Source: Eledone cirrhosa (taxonomy: Eukaryota). Taken from it: a stretch of 64,000 nucleotides of DNA. Position 1 is the first letter of the stretch, and every line of letters begins with the position of its first letter. Of the stretch, positions 53,230-64,000 are shown in pieces. The notes under the pieces were generated by a model. It saw only the letters and a list, made by a program, of their open reading frames with translations, was not told where the DNA came from and did no database searches. Both the position numbers and the translations under genes were made by a program. The stretch is taken from contig OZ024744.1 of NCBI GenBank assembly GCA_964016885.1, positions 22,196,001-22,260,000 of the forward strand, written 5' to 3'.

Positions 53230-56200
53230 GATGTTGTCGTGGTGGTCAGTTAGGTTGACATAGATAACATTGGTGAGATGTTGTCGTTGTGGTCAGTTAG
53301 GTTGCCATAGATAACAAAGAGTAAGATGTTGTCGTGGTGGTCAGATAGCTGGACATAGATAACATAGGTGGGATGTTGTCGTGGTGGTCAGTTAGGTTGA
53401 CATAGATAATATTGGTGAGATGTTGTCGTTGTGGTCAGTTAGGTTGCCATAGATAACAAAGAGTAAGATGTTGTCGTGGTGGTCAGATAGCTGGACATAG
53501 ATAACATAGGTGGGATGTTGTCGTGGTGGTCAGTTAGGTTTACATAGATAACATAGAGTGAGATGTTGTCGTGGTGGTCTTTTAGGTTGACATAGATAAC
53601 ATAGGTGGGATGTTGTCGTGGTGGTCAGTTAGGTTGACATAGATAACATAGGTGAGATGTTGTCGTGGTGGTCAGTTAGGTTGACATAGATAACATAGAG
53701 TTAGATGTTGTCGTGGTGGTCAGTTAGGTTGACATAGATAACATAGGTGGGATGTTGTCGTGGTGGTCAGTTAGGTTGACATAGATAACATTGGTGAGAT
53801 GTTGTCGTGGTGGTCAGTTAGGTTGACATAGATAACATTGGTGAGATGTTGTCGTGGTGGTCAGTTAGGTTGACATAGATAACTTTTGTGAGATGTTGTC
53901 GTGGTGGTCAGTTAGGTTGACACAGATAACATAGGTGGGATGTTGGGGTGGTGGTCAGTTAGGTTGACATAGATAACAGAGTGAGATGTTTTCGTGGTGG
54001 TCAGTTAGGTTGACATAGATAACATAGAGTGAGATGTTGTCGTGGTGGTCAGTTAGGTTGACATAGATAACATAGGTGGGATGTTGTCGTGGTCAGTTAG
54101 GTTGACATAGATAACATAGAGTGAGATGTTGTCGTCGTGGTCAGTTAGGCTGATATAGAGAGCATAGAGTGAGATGTTGTTGTGGTCAGTTAGGTTGAAA
54201 TAGATAACATAGAGTGAGATGTTGTCGTGGTGGTCAGTTTGGTTGACATGGATAACATAGGTGGGATGTTGTCGTGGTGGTCAGTTGCGTTGACATAGAT
54301 AACATAGGTGAGATGTTGTCGTGGTGGTCAGTTAGGTTGACATAGATAACATAGAGTGAGATGTTGTCGTTGTGGTCAGTTAGGTTGCCATAGATAACAA
54401 AGAGTAAGATGTTGTCGTGGTGGTCAGATAGCTGGACATAGATAACATAGGTGGGATGTTGTCGTGGTGGTCAGTTAGGTTTACATAGATAACATAGAGT
54501 GAGATGTTGTCGTGGTGGTCTTTTAGGTTGACATAGATAACATAGGTGGGATGTTGTCGTGGTGGTCAGTTAGGTTGACATAGATAACATAGGTGAGATG
54601 TTGTCGTGGTGGTCAGTTAGGTTGACATAGATAACATAGGTGGGATGTTGTCGTGGTGGTCAGTTAGGTTGACATAGATAACATTGGTGAGATGTTGTCG
54701 TTGTGGTCAGTTAGGTTGCCATAGATAACAAAGAGTAAGATGTTGTCGTGGTGGTCAGATAGCTGGACATAGATAATATAGGTGGGATGTTGTCGTGGAG
54801 GTCAGTTAGGTTTACATAGATAACATAGAGTGAGATGTTGTCGTGGTGGTCTTTTAGGTTGACATAGATAACATAGGTGGGATGTTGTCGTGGTGGTCAG
54901 TTAGGTTGACATAGATAACATAGGTGAGATGTTGTCGTGGTGGTCAGTTAGGTTGACATAGATAACATAAAGTGAGATGTTGTCGTGGTGGTCAGTTAGG
55001 TTGACATAGATAACATAGAGTGAGATGTTGTCGTGGTGGTCAGGTAGGTTGACATAGATAACATATGTGGGATGCTGTTGTGGTGGCCAGTTAGGTTGAC
55101 ATAGATAACATTGGTGTGATGTTGTAGTGGTGGTCAGTTAGGTTGAATAGATAACATTTGTGAGATGTTGTCGTGGTGGTCAGTTAGGTTGACACAGATA
55201 ACATAGGTGGGATGTTGGGGTGGTGGTCAGTTAGGTTGACATAGATAACATAGAGTGAGATGTTTTTGTGGTGGTCAGTTAGGTTGACATAGATAACATA
55301 GAGTGAGATGTTGTCGTGGTGGTCAGTTAGGTTGACATAGATAACATAGGTGGGATGTTGTCGTGGTCAGTTAGGTTGACATAGATAACAAAGAGTGAGA
55401 TGTTGTCGTGGTGGTCATTTAGGTTGACATAGATAACATAGGTGGGATGTTGTCGTGGTGGTCAGTTAGGTTGACATAGATAACATAGGTGAGATGTTGT
55501 CGTGGTGGTCAGTTAGGTTGACATAGATAACATAGAGTGAGATGTTGTCGTGGTGGTCAGTTAGGTTGACATAGATAACATAGGTGGGATGTTGTCGTGG
55601 TGGTCAGTTAGGTTGACATAGATAACATTGGTGAGATGTTGTCGTGGTGGTCAGTTAGGTTGACATAGATAACATTGGTGAGATGTTGTCGTGGTGGTCA
55701 GTTAGGTTGACACAGATAACATAGGTGGGATGTTGTCGGGGTGGTCAGTTAGGTTGACATAGATAACATAGAGTGAGATGTTGTCGTGGTGGTCAGGTAG
55801 GTTGACATAGATAACATAGGTGGGATGTTGTTGTGGTGGCCAGTTAGGTTGACATAGATAACATTGGTGAGATGTTGTCGTTGTGGTCAGTTAGGTTGCC
55901 ATAGATAACAAAGAGTAAGATGTTGTCGTGGTGGTCAGATAGCTGGACATAGATAACATAGGTGGGATGTTGTCGTGGTGGTCAGTTAGGTTGACATAGA
56001 TAATATTGGTGAGATGTTGTCGTTGTGGTCAGTTAGGTTGCCATAGATAACAAAGAGTAAGATGTTGTCGTGGTGGTCAGATAGCTGGACATAGATAACA
56101 TAGGTGGGATGTTGTCGTGGTGGTCAGTTAGGTTTACATAGATAACATAGAGTGAGATGTTGTCGTGGTGGTCTTTTAGGTTGACATAGATAACATAGGT

Positions 56201-58430
56201 GGGATGTTGTCGTGGTGGTCAGTTAGGTTGACATAGATAACATAGGTGAGATGTTGTCGTGGTGGTCAGTTAGGTTGACATAGATAACATAGAGTGAGAT
56301 GTTGTCGTGGTGGTCAGTTAGGTTGACATAGATAACATAGGTGGGATGTTGTCGTGGTGGTCAGTTAGGTTGACATAGATAACATTGGTGAGATGTTGTC
56401 GTGGTGGTCAGTTAGGTTGACATAGATAACATTGGTGAGATGTTGTCGTGGTGGTCAGTTAGGTTGACATAGATAACTTTTGTGAGATGTTGTCGTGGTG
56501 GTCAGTTAGGTTGACACAGATAACATAGGTGGGATGTTGGGGTGGTGGTCAGTTAGGTTGACATAGATAACATAGAGTGAGATGTTTTCGTGGTGGTCAG
56601 TTAGGTTGACATAGATAACATAGAGTGAGATGTTGTCGTGGTGGTCAGTTAGGTTGACATAGATAACATAGGTGGGATGTTGTCGTGGTCAGTTAGGTTG
56701 ACATAGATAACATAGAGTGAGATGTTGTCGTCGTGGTCAGTTAGGCTGATATAGAGAGCATAGAGTGAGATGTTGTTGTGGTCAGTTAGGTTGAAATAGA
56801 TAACATAGAGTGAGATGTTGTCGTGGTGGTCAGTTTGGTTGACATGGATAACATAGGTGGGATGTTGTCGTGGTGGTCAGTTGCGTTGACATAGATAACA
56901 TAGGTGAGATGTTGTCGTGGTGGTCAGTTAGGTTGACATAGATAACATAGAGTGAGATGTTGTCGTTGTGGTCAGTTAGGTTGCCATAGATAACAAAGAG
57001 TAAGATGTTGTCGTGGTGGTCAGATAGCTGGACATAGACAACATAGGTGGGATGTTGTCGTGGTGGTCAGTTAGGTTTACATAGATAACATAGAGTGAGA
57101 TGTTGTCGTGGTGGTCTTTTAGGTTGACATAGATAACATAGGTGGGATGTTTTCGTGGTGGTCAGTTAGGTTGACATAGATAACATAGGTGAGATGTTGT
57201 CGTGGTGGTCAGTTAGGTTGACATAGATAACATAGGTGGGATGTTGTCGTGGTGGTCAGTTAGGTTGACATAGATAACATTGGTGAGATGTTGTCGTTGT
57301 GGTCAGTTAGGTTGCCATAGATAACAAAGAGTAAGATGTTGTCGTGGTGGTCAGATAGCTGGACATAGATAATATAGGTGGGATGTTGTCGTGGTGGTCA
57401 GTTAGGTTTACATAGATAACATAGAGTGAGATGTTGTCGTGGTGGTCTTTTAGGTTGACATAGATAACATAGATGGGATGTTGTCGTGGTGGTCAGTTAG
57501 GTTGACATAGATAACATAGGTGAGATGTTGTCGTGGTGGTCAGTTAGGTTGACATAGATAACATAGAGTGAGATGTTGTCGTGGTGGTCAGTTAGGTTGA
57601 CATAGATAACATAGAGTGAGATGTTGTCGTGGTGGTCAGGTAGGTTGACATAGATAACATATGTGGGATGCTGTTGTGGTGGCCAGTTAGGTTGACATAG
57701 ATAACATTGGTGTGATGTTGTAGTGGTGGTCAGTTAGGTTGACATAGATAACATTTGTGAGATGTTGTCGTGGTGGTCAGTTAGGTTGACACAGATAACA
57801 TAGGTGGGATGTTGGGGTGGTGGTCAGTTAGGTTGACATAGATAACATAGAGTGAGATGTTTTTGTGGTGGTCAGTTAGGTTGACATAGATAACATAGAG
57901 TGAGATGTTGTCGTGGTGGTCAGTTAGGTTGACATAGATAACATAGGTGGGATGTTGTCGTGGTCAGTTAGGTTGACATAGATAACAAAGAGTGAGATGT
58001 TGTCGTGGTGGTCATTTAGGTTGACATAGATAACATAGGTGGGATGTTGTCGTGGTGGTCAGTTAGGTTGACATAGATAACATAGGTGAGATGTTGTCGT
58101 GGTGGTCAGTTAGGTTGACATAGATAACATAGAGTGAGATGTTGTCGTGGTGGTCAGTTAGGTTGACATAGATAACATAGGTGGGATGTTGTCGTGGTGG
58201 TCAGTTAGGTTGACATAGATAACATTGGTGAGATGTTGTCGTGGTGGTCAGTTAGGTTGACATAGATAACATTGGTGAGATGTTGTCGTGGTGGTCAGTT
58301 AGGTTGACACAGATAACATAGGTGGGATGTTGTCGGGGTGGTCAGTTAGGTTGACATAGATAACATAGAGTGAGATGTTGTCGTGGTGGTCAGGTAGGTT
58401 GACATAGATAACATAGGTGGGATGTTGTTG
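53230..58430. repeat. About 2,595-bp tandem duplication
   Basis: TAATATTGG 53407/56001 and AGATAACTTTT 53877/56471 give offset 2,594. GTTGAAATAG 54194/56790 gives 2,596, after a 2-bp deletion near 53978. Confidence 0.85.
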
Positions 58431-61400
58431 TGGTGGCCAGTTAGGTTGACATAGATAACATTGGTGTGATGTTGTAGTGGTGGTCAGTTAGGTTGACATA
58501 GATAACATTTGTGAGATGTTGTCGTGGTGGTCAGTTAGGTTGACACAGATAACATAGGTGGGATGTTGGGGTAGTGGTCAGTTAGGTTGACATAGATAAC
58601 ATAGAGTGAGATGTTTTCGTGGTGGTCAGTTAGGTTGACATAGATAACATAGAGTGAGATGTTGTCGTGGTGGTCAGTTAGGTTGACATAGATAACATAG
58701 GTGGGATGTTGTCGTGGTGGTCAGTTAGGTTGACATAGATAACATAGAGTGAGATGTTGTCGTGGTGGTCTTTTAGGTTGACATAGATAACATAGGTGGG
58801 ATGTTGTCGTGGTGGTCTGTTAGATTGACATAGATAACATAGGTGAGATGTTGTCGTGGTGGTCAGTTAGGTTGACATAGATAACATAGAGTGAGATGTT
58901 GTCGTGGTGGTCAGTTAGGTTGACATAGATAACATAGGTGGGATGTTGTCGTGGTGGTCAGTTAGGTTGACATAGATAACATTGGTGAGATGTTGTCGTG
59001 GTGGTCAGTTAGGTTGACATATATAAAATTGGTGAGATGTTGTCGTGGTGGTCAATTAGGTTGACACAGATAACATAGGTGGGATGTTGTCGGGGTGGTT
59101 AGTTAGGTTGACATAGATAACATAGAGTGAGATGTTGTCGTGGTGGTCAGGTAGGTTGACATAGATAACATAGGTGGGATGTTGTTGTGGTGGTCAGTTA
59201 GGTTGACATAGATAACATTGGTGTGATGTTGTAGTGGTGGTCAGTTAGGTTGACATAGATAACATTTGTGAGATGTTGTCGTGGTGGTCAGTTAGATTGA
59301 CACAGATAACATAGGTGGGATGTTGGGGTGGTGGTCAGTTAGGTTGACATAGATAACATAGAGTGAGATGTTTTCGTGGTGGTCAGTTAGGTTGACATAG
59401 ATAACATAGAGTGAGATGTTGTCGTGGTGGTCAGTTAGGTTGACATAGATAACATAGGTGGGATGTTGTCGTGGTCAGTTAGGTTGACATAGATAACATA
59501 GAGTGAGATGTTGTCGTCGTGGTCAGTTAGACTGACATAGAGAGCATAGAGTGAGATGTTGTTGTGGTCAGTTAGGTTGACATAGATAACATAGAGTGAG
59601 ATGTTGTCGTGGTGGTCAGTTTGGTTGACATAGATAACATAGGTGGGATGTTGTCATGGTGGTCAGTTACGTTGACATAGATAACATAGGTGAGATGTTG
59701 TCGTGGTGGTCAGTTAGGTTGACATAGATAACATAGAGTGAGATGTTGTCGTTGTGGTCAGTTAGGTTGCCATAGATAACAAAGAGTAAGATGTTGTCGT
59801 GGTGGTCAGATAGCTGGACATAGATAACATAGGTGGGATGTTGTCGTGGTGGTCAGTTAGGTTTACATAGATAACATAGAGTGAGATGTTGTCGTGGTGG
59901 TCTTTTAGCTTGACATAGATAACATAGGTGGGATGTTGTCGTGGTGGTCAGTTAGGTTGACATAGATAACATAGGTGAGATGTTGTCGTGGTGGTCAGTT
60001 AGGTTGACATAGATAACATAGAGTGAGATGTTGTCGTGGTGGTCAGTTAGGTTGACATAGATAACATAGGTGGGATGTTGTCGTGGTGGTCAGTTAGGTT
60101 GACATAGATAACATTGGTGAGATGTTGTCGTGGTGGTCAGTTAGGTTGACATAGATAACATTGGTGAGATGTTGTCGTGGTGGTCAGTTAGGTTGACACA
60201 GAAAACATAGGTGGGATGTTGTCGGGGTGGTCAGTTAGGTTGACATAGATAACATAGAGTGAGATGTTGTCGTGGTGGTCAGGTAGGTTGACATAGATAA
60301 CATAGGTGGGATGTTGTTGTGGTGGTCAGTTAGGTTGACATAGATAACATTGGTGTGATGTTGTAGTGGTGGTCAGTTAGGTTGACATAGATAACATTTG
60401 TGAGATGTTGTCGTGGTGGTCAGTTAGGTTGACACAGATAACATAGGTGGGATGTTGGGGTGGTGGTCAGATAGGTTGACATAGATATCATAGAGTGAGA
60501 TGTTTTCGTGGTGGTCAGTTAGGTTGACATAGATAACATAGAGTGAGATGTTGTCGTGGTGGTCAGTTAGGTTGACATAGATAACATAGGTGGGATGTTG
60601 TCGTGGTCAGTTAGGTTGACATAGATAACATAGAGTGAGATGTTGTCGTCGTGGTCAGTTAGGCTGACATAGAGAGCATAGAGTGAGATGTTGTTGTGGT
60701 CAGTTAGGTTGACATAGATAACATAGAGTGAGATGTTGTCGTGGTGGTCAGTTTGGTTGACATAGATAACATAGGTGGGATGTTGTCGTGGTGGTCAGTT
60801 ACGTTGACATAGATAACATAGGTGAGATGTTGTCGTGGTGGTCAGTTAGGTTGACATAGATAACATAGAGTGAGATGTTGTCGTTGTGGTCAGTTAGGTT
60901 GCCATAGATAACAAAGAGTAAGATGTTGTCGTGGTGGTCAGATAGCTGGACATAGATAACATAGGTGGGATGTTGTCGTGGTGGTCAGTTAGGTTTACAT
61001 TGATAACATAGAGTGAGATGTTGTCGTGGTGGTCTTTTAGGTTGACATAGATAACATAGGTGGGATGTTGTCGTGGTGGTCAGTTAGGTTGACATAGATA
61101 ACATAGGTGAGATGTTGTCGTGGTGGTCAGTTAGGTTGACATAGATAACATAGAGTGAGATGTTGTCGTGGTGGTCAGTTAGGTTGACATAGATAACATA
61201 GGTGGGATGTTGTCGTGGTGGTCAGTTAGGTTGACATAGATAACATTGGTGAGATGTTGTCGTGGTGGTCAGTTAGGTTGACATAGATAACATTGGTGAG
61301 ATGTTGTCGTGGTGGTCAGTTAGGTTGACACAGATAACATAGGTGGGATGTTGTCGTGGTGGTCAGGTAGGTTGACATAGATAACATAGGTGGGATGTTG

Positions 61401-64000
61401 TTGTGGTGGCCAGTTAGGTTGACATAGATAACATTGGTGTGATGTTGTAGTGTGGTGGTCAGTTAGGTTGACATAGATAACATTTGTGTGATGTTGTCGT
61501 GGTGGTCAGTTAGGTTGACACAGATAACATAGGTGGGATGTTGGGGTGGTGGTCAGATAGGTTGACATAGATAACATAGAGTGAGATGTTTTCGTGGTGG
61601 TCAGTTAGGTTGACATAGATAACATAGAGTGAGCTGTTGTCGTGGTGGTCAGTTAGGTTGACATAGATAACATAGGTGGGATGTTGTCGTGGTCAGTTAG
61701 GTTGACATAGATAACATAGAGTGAGATGTTGTCGTCGTGGTCAGTTAGGCTGACATAGAGAGCATAGAGTGAGATGTTGTTGTGGTCAGTTAGGTTGACG
61801 TAGATAACATAGAGTGAGATGTTGTCGTGGTGGTCAGTTTGGTTGACATAGATAACATAGGTGGGATGTTGTCGTGGTGGTCAGTTACGTTGACATAGAT
61901 AACATAGGTGAGATGTTGTCGTGGTCAGTTAGGTTGACATAGATAACATAGAGTGAGATGTTGTCGTCGTGGTCAGTTAGGCTGACATAGAGAGCATAGA
62001 GTGAGATGTTGTTGTGGTCAGTTAGGTTGACATAGATAACATAGAGTGAGATGTTGTCGTGGTGGTCAGTTTGGTTGACATAGATAACATAGGTGGGATG
62101 TTGTCGTGGTGGTCAGTTACGTTGACATAGATAACATAGGTGAGATGTTGTCGTGGTGGTCAGTTAGGTTTACATAGATAACATAGAGTGAGATGTTGTC
62201 GTGGTGGTCTTTTAGGTTGACATAGATAACATAGGTGGGATGTTGTCGTGGTGGTCAGTTAGGTTGACATAGATAACATAGGTGAGATGTTGTCGTGGTG
62301 GTCAGTTAGGTTGACATAGATAACATAGAGTGAGATGTTGTCGTGGTGGTCAGTTAGGTTGACATAGATAACATAGGTGGGATGTTGTCGTGGTGGTCAG
62401 TTAGGTTGACATAGATAACATTGGTGAGATGTTGTCGTGGTGGTCAGTTAGGTTGACACAGATAACATAGGTGGGATGTTGTCGGGGTGGTCAGTTAGGT
62501 TGACATAGATAACATAGAGTGAGATGTTGTCGTGGTGGTCAGGTAGGTTGACATAGATAACATAGGTGGGATGTTGTTGTGGTGGCCAGTTAGGTTGACA
62601 AAGATAACATTGGTGTGATGTTGTAGTGGTGGTCAGTTAGGTTGACATAGATAACATAGAGTGAGATGTTGTCGTGGTGGTCAGTTAGGTTGACATAGAT
62701 AACATAGAGTGAGATGTTGTCGTGGTGGTCTTTTAGGTTGACATAGATATCATAGGTGGGATGTTGTCGTGGTGGTCAGTTAGGTTGACATAGATAACAT
62801 AGAGTGAGATGTTGTCGTGGTGGTCAGGTAGGTTGACATAGATAACATAGGTGGGATGTTGTTGTGGTGGTCAGTTAGGTTGACATAGATAACATTGGTG
62901 TGATGTTGTAGTGGTGGTCAGTTAGGTTGACATAGATAACATTTGTGAGATGTTGTCGTGGTGGTCAGTTAGGTTGACACAGATAACATAGGTGGGATGT
63001 TGGGGTGGTGGTCAGATAGGTTGACATAGATAACATAGGTGGTATGTTGTCGTGGTGGTCAGTTAGGTTGACATAGATATCATAGAGTGAGATGTTTTCG
63101 TGGTGGTCAGTTAGGTTGACATAGATAACATAGAGTGAGATGTTGTCGTGGTGGTCAGTTAGGTTGACATAGATAACATAGGTGGGATGTTGTCGTGGTC
63201 AGTTAGGTTGACATAGATAACATAGAGTGAGATGTTGTCGTCGTGGTCAGTTAGGCTGACATAGAGAGCATAGAGTGAGATGTTGTTGTGGTCAGTTAGG
63301 TTGACATAGATAACATAGAGTGAGATGTTGTCGTGGTGGTCAGTTTGGTTGACATAGATAACATAGGTGGGATGTTGTCGTGGTGGTCAGTTACGTTGAC
63401 ATAGATAACATAGGTGAGATGTTGTCGTGGTGGTCAGTTAGGTTGACATAGATAACATAGAGTGAGATGTTGTCGTTGTGGTCAGTTAGGTTGCCATAGA
63501 TAACAAAGAGTAAGATGTTGTCGTGGTGGTCAGATAGCTGGACATAGATAACATAGGTGGGATGTTGTCGTGGTGGTCAGTTAGGTTTACATAGATAACA
63601 TAGGTGGGATGTTGTCGTGGTGGTCAGTTAGGTTTACATAGATAACATAGAGTGAGATGTTGTCGTGGTGGTCTTTTAGGTTGACATAGATAACATAGGT
63701 GGGATGTTGTCGTGGTGGTCAGTTAGGTTGACATAGATAACATAGGTGAGATGTTGTCGTGGTGGTCAGTTAGGTTGACATAGATAACATAGAGTGAGAT
63801 GTTGTCGTGGTGGTCAGTTAGGTTGACATAGATAACATAGGTGGGATGTTGTCGTGGTGGTCAGTTAGGTTGACATAGATAACATTGGTGAGATGTTGTC
63901 GTGGTGGTCAGTTAGGTTGACATAGATAACATTGAGTGAGATGTTGTCGTGGTGGTCAGTTAGGTTGACACAGATAACATAGGTGGGATGTTGTCGGGGT

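Larger units (their letters stand above)
1..64000. repeat. Tandem satellite/minisatellite array, 47/48-bp monomer (44/45-bp deletion variants), about 1,360 copies, single orientation, extends beyond both window ends
   Basis: GATGTTGTC starts recur at 4, 51, 98, 146 (spacing 47, 47, 48) and the unit continues without interruption to 64000. The 47-mer ends ...ACATAGGTGG and the 48-mer ends ...ACATAGAGTGA. 47-mer composition is G17 T15 A11 C4. Confidence 0.99.
43700..64000. repeat. Array sub-domain 3: 24-monomer, 1,132-bp HOR with partial and rearranged copies
   Basis: The AGAGC marker lies at 59541 and 60673 (1,132 bp apart). The interval counts as 8x48 + 14x47 + 2x45 = 1,132. Diagnostic variants: CTTTTAG, CATTGGTGAG, TTGGGG, GCTGACATAGAGAGC, GTTGCC...AAAGAGTAAG, CAGATAGCTGGAC. 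Confidence 0.85.

Noticed and set aside
1-64000. CRISPR array (regular repeats with hairpin potential)
   Set aside because: There are no unique spacers: the variable part is a 7-8-nt segment with essentially two alleles. There is no leader and no cas gene in the window.
1-64000. True telomeric tract
   Set aside because: TTAGG/TTAGGG occurs singly per monomer and never as tandem runs.
1-64000. The 47/48-bp monomer order as a functional code, or an integron/attC-like or recombination-cassette system
   Set aside because: The order is explained by HORs and nested duplications. There are no cassettes, cargo or recombinase.
1-64000. Transposon insertions, inversions or unique-sequence islands
   Set aside because: None were seen. 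Every line read conforms to the monomer in the same orientation, and no C-rich reverse-complement stretch was noticed.

Overview
The whole 64-kb window is one uninterrupted, head-to-tail tandem repeat array (satellite/large minisatellite) of roughly 1,360 monomers, running off both ends of the window. Consensus: ATGTTGTC-GTG(GTG)-GTCAGTTAGGTTGAC-ATA-GATAACAT-[AGGTGGG | AGAGTGAG]. The two main monomer classes are 47 bp and 48 bp, with 44/45-bp forms lacking one 3-nt unit of the GTGGTG stretch. I found no genes, RNA genes, transposon insertions, inversions or CRISPR spacers. The single predicted ORF is a chance product of repeat variants. The information is in the order of variant monomers. There are three sub-domains with different diagnostic variants and higher-order repeats (HORs): about 1.7-2.3 kb and variable at 1-26 kb, a 1,028-bp HOR of about 22 monomers within 26-43.7 kb, and a 1,132-bp 24-mer HOR from an abrupt switch at about 43.7 kb to the end. 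Nested kilobase-scale tandem duplications (offsets 4,309/4,031; 2,610; 5,538; 3,180; 1,734; 3,212; 2,594; 8,219 bp) record the array's recent expansion. Each monomer also contains two short imperfect inverted repeats, one with a TTAGG loop, and the common length variation falls in the predicted unpaired parts. The source is probably a eukaryotic heterochromatic or subtelomeric region, but that is inference; organism and repeat family cannot be identified from the sequence alone. All coordinates and offsets were read by eye.
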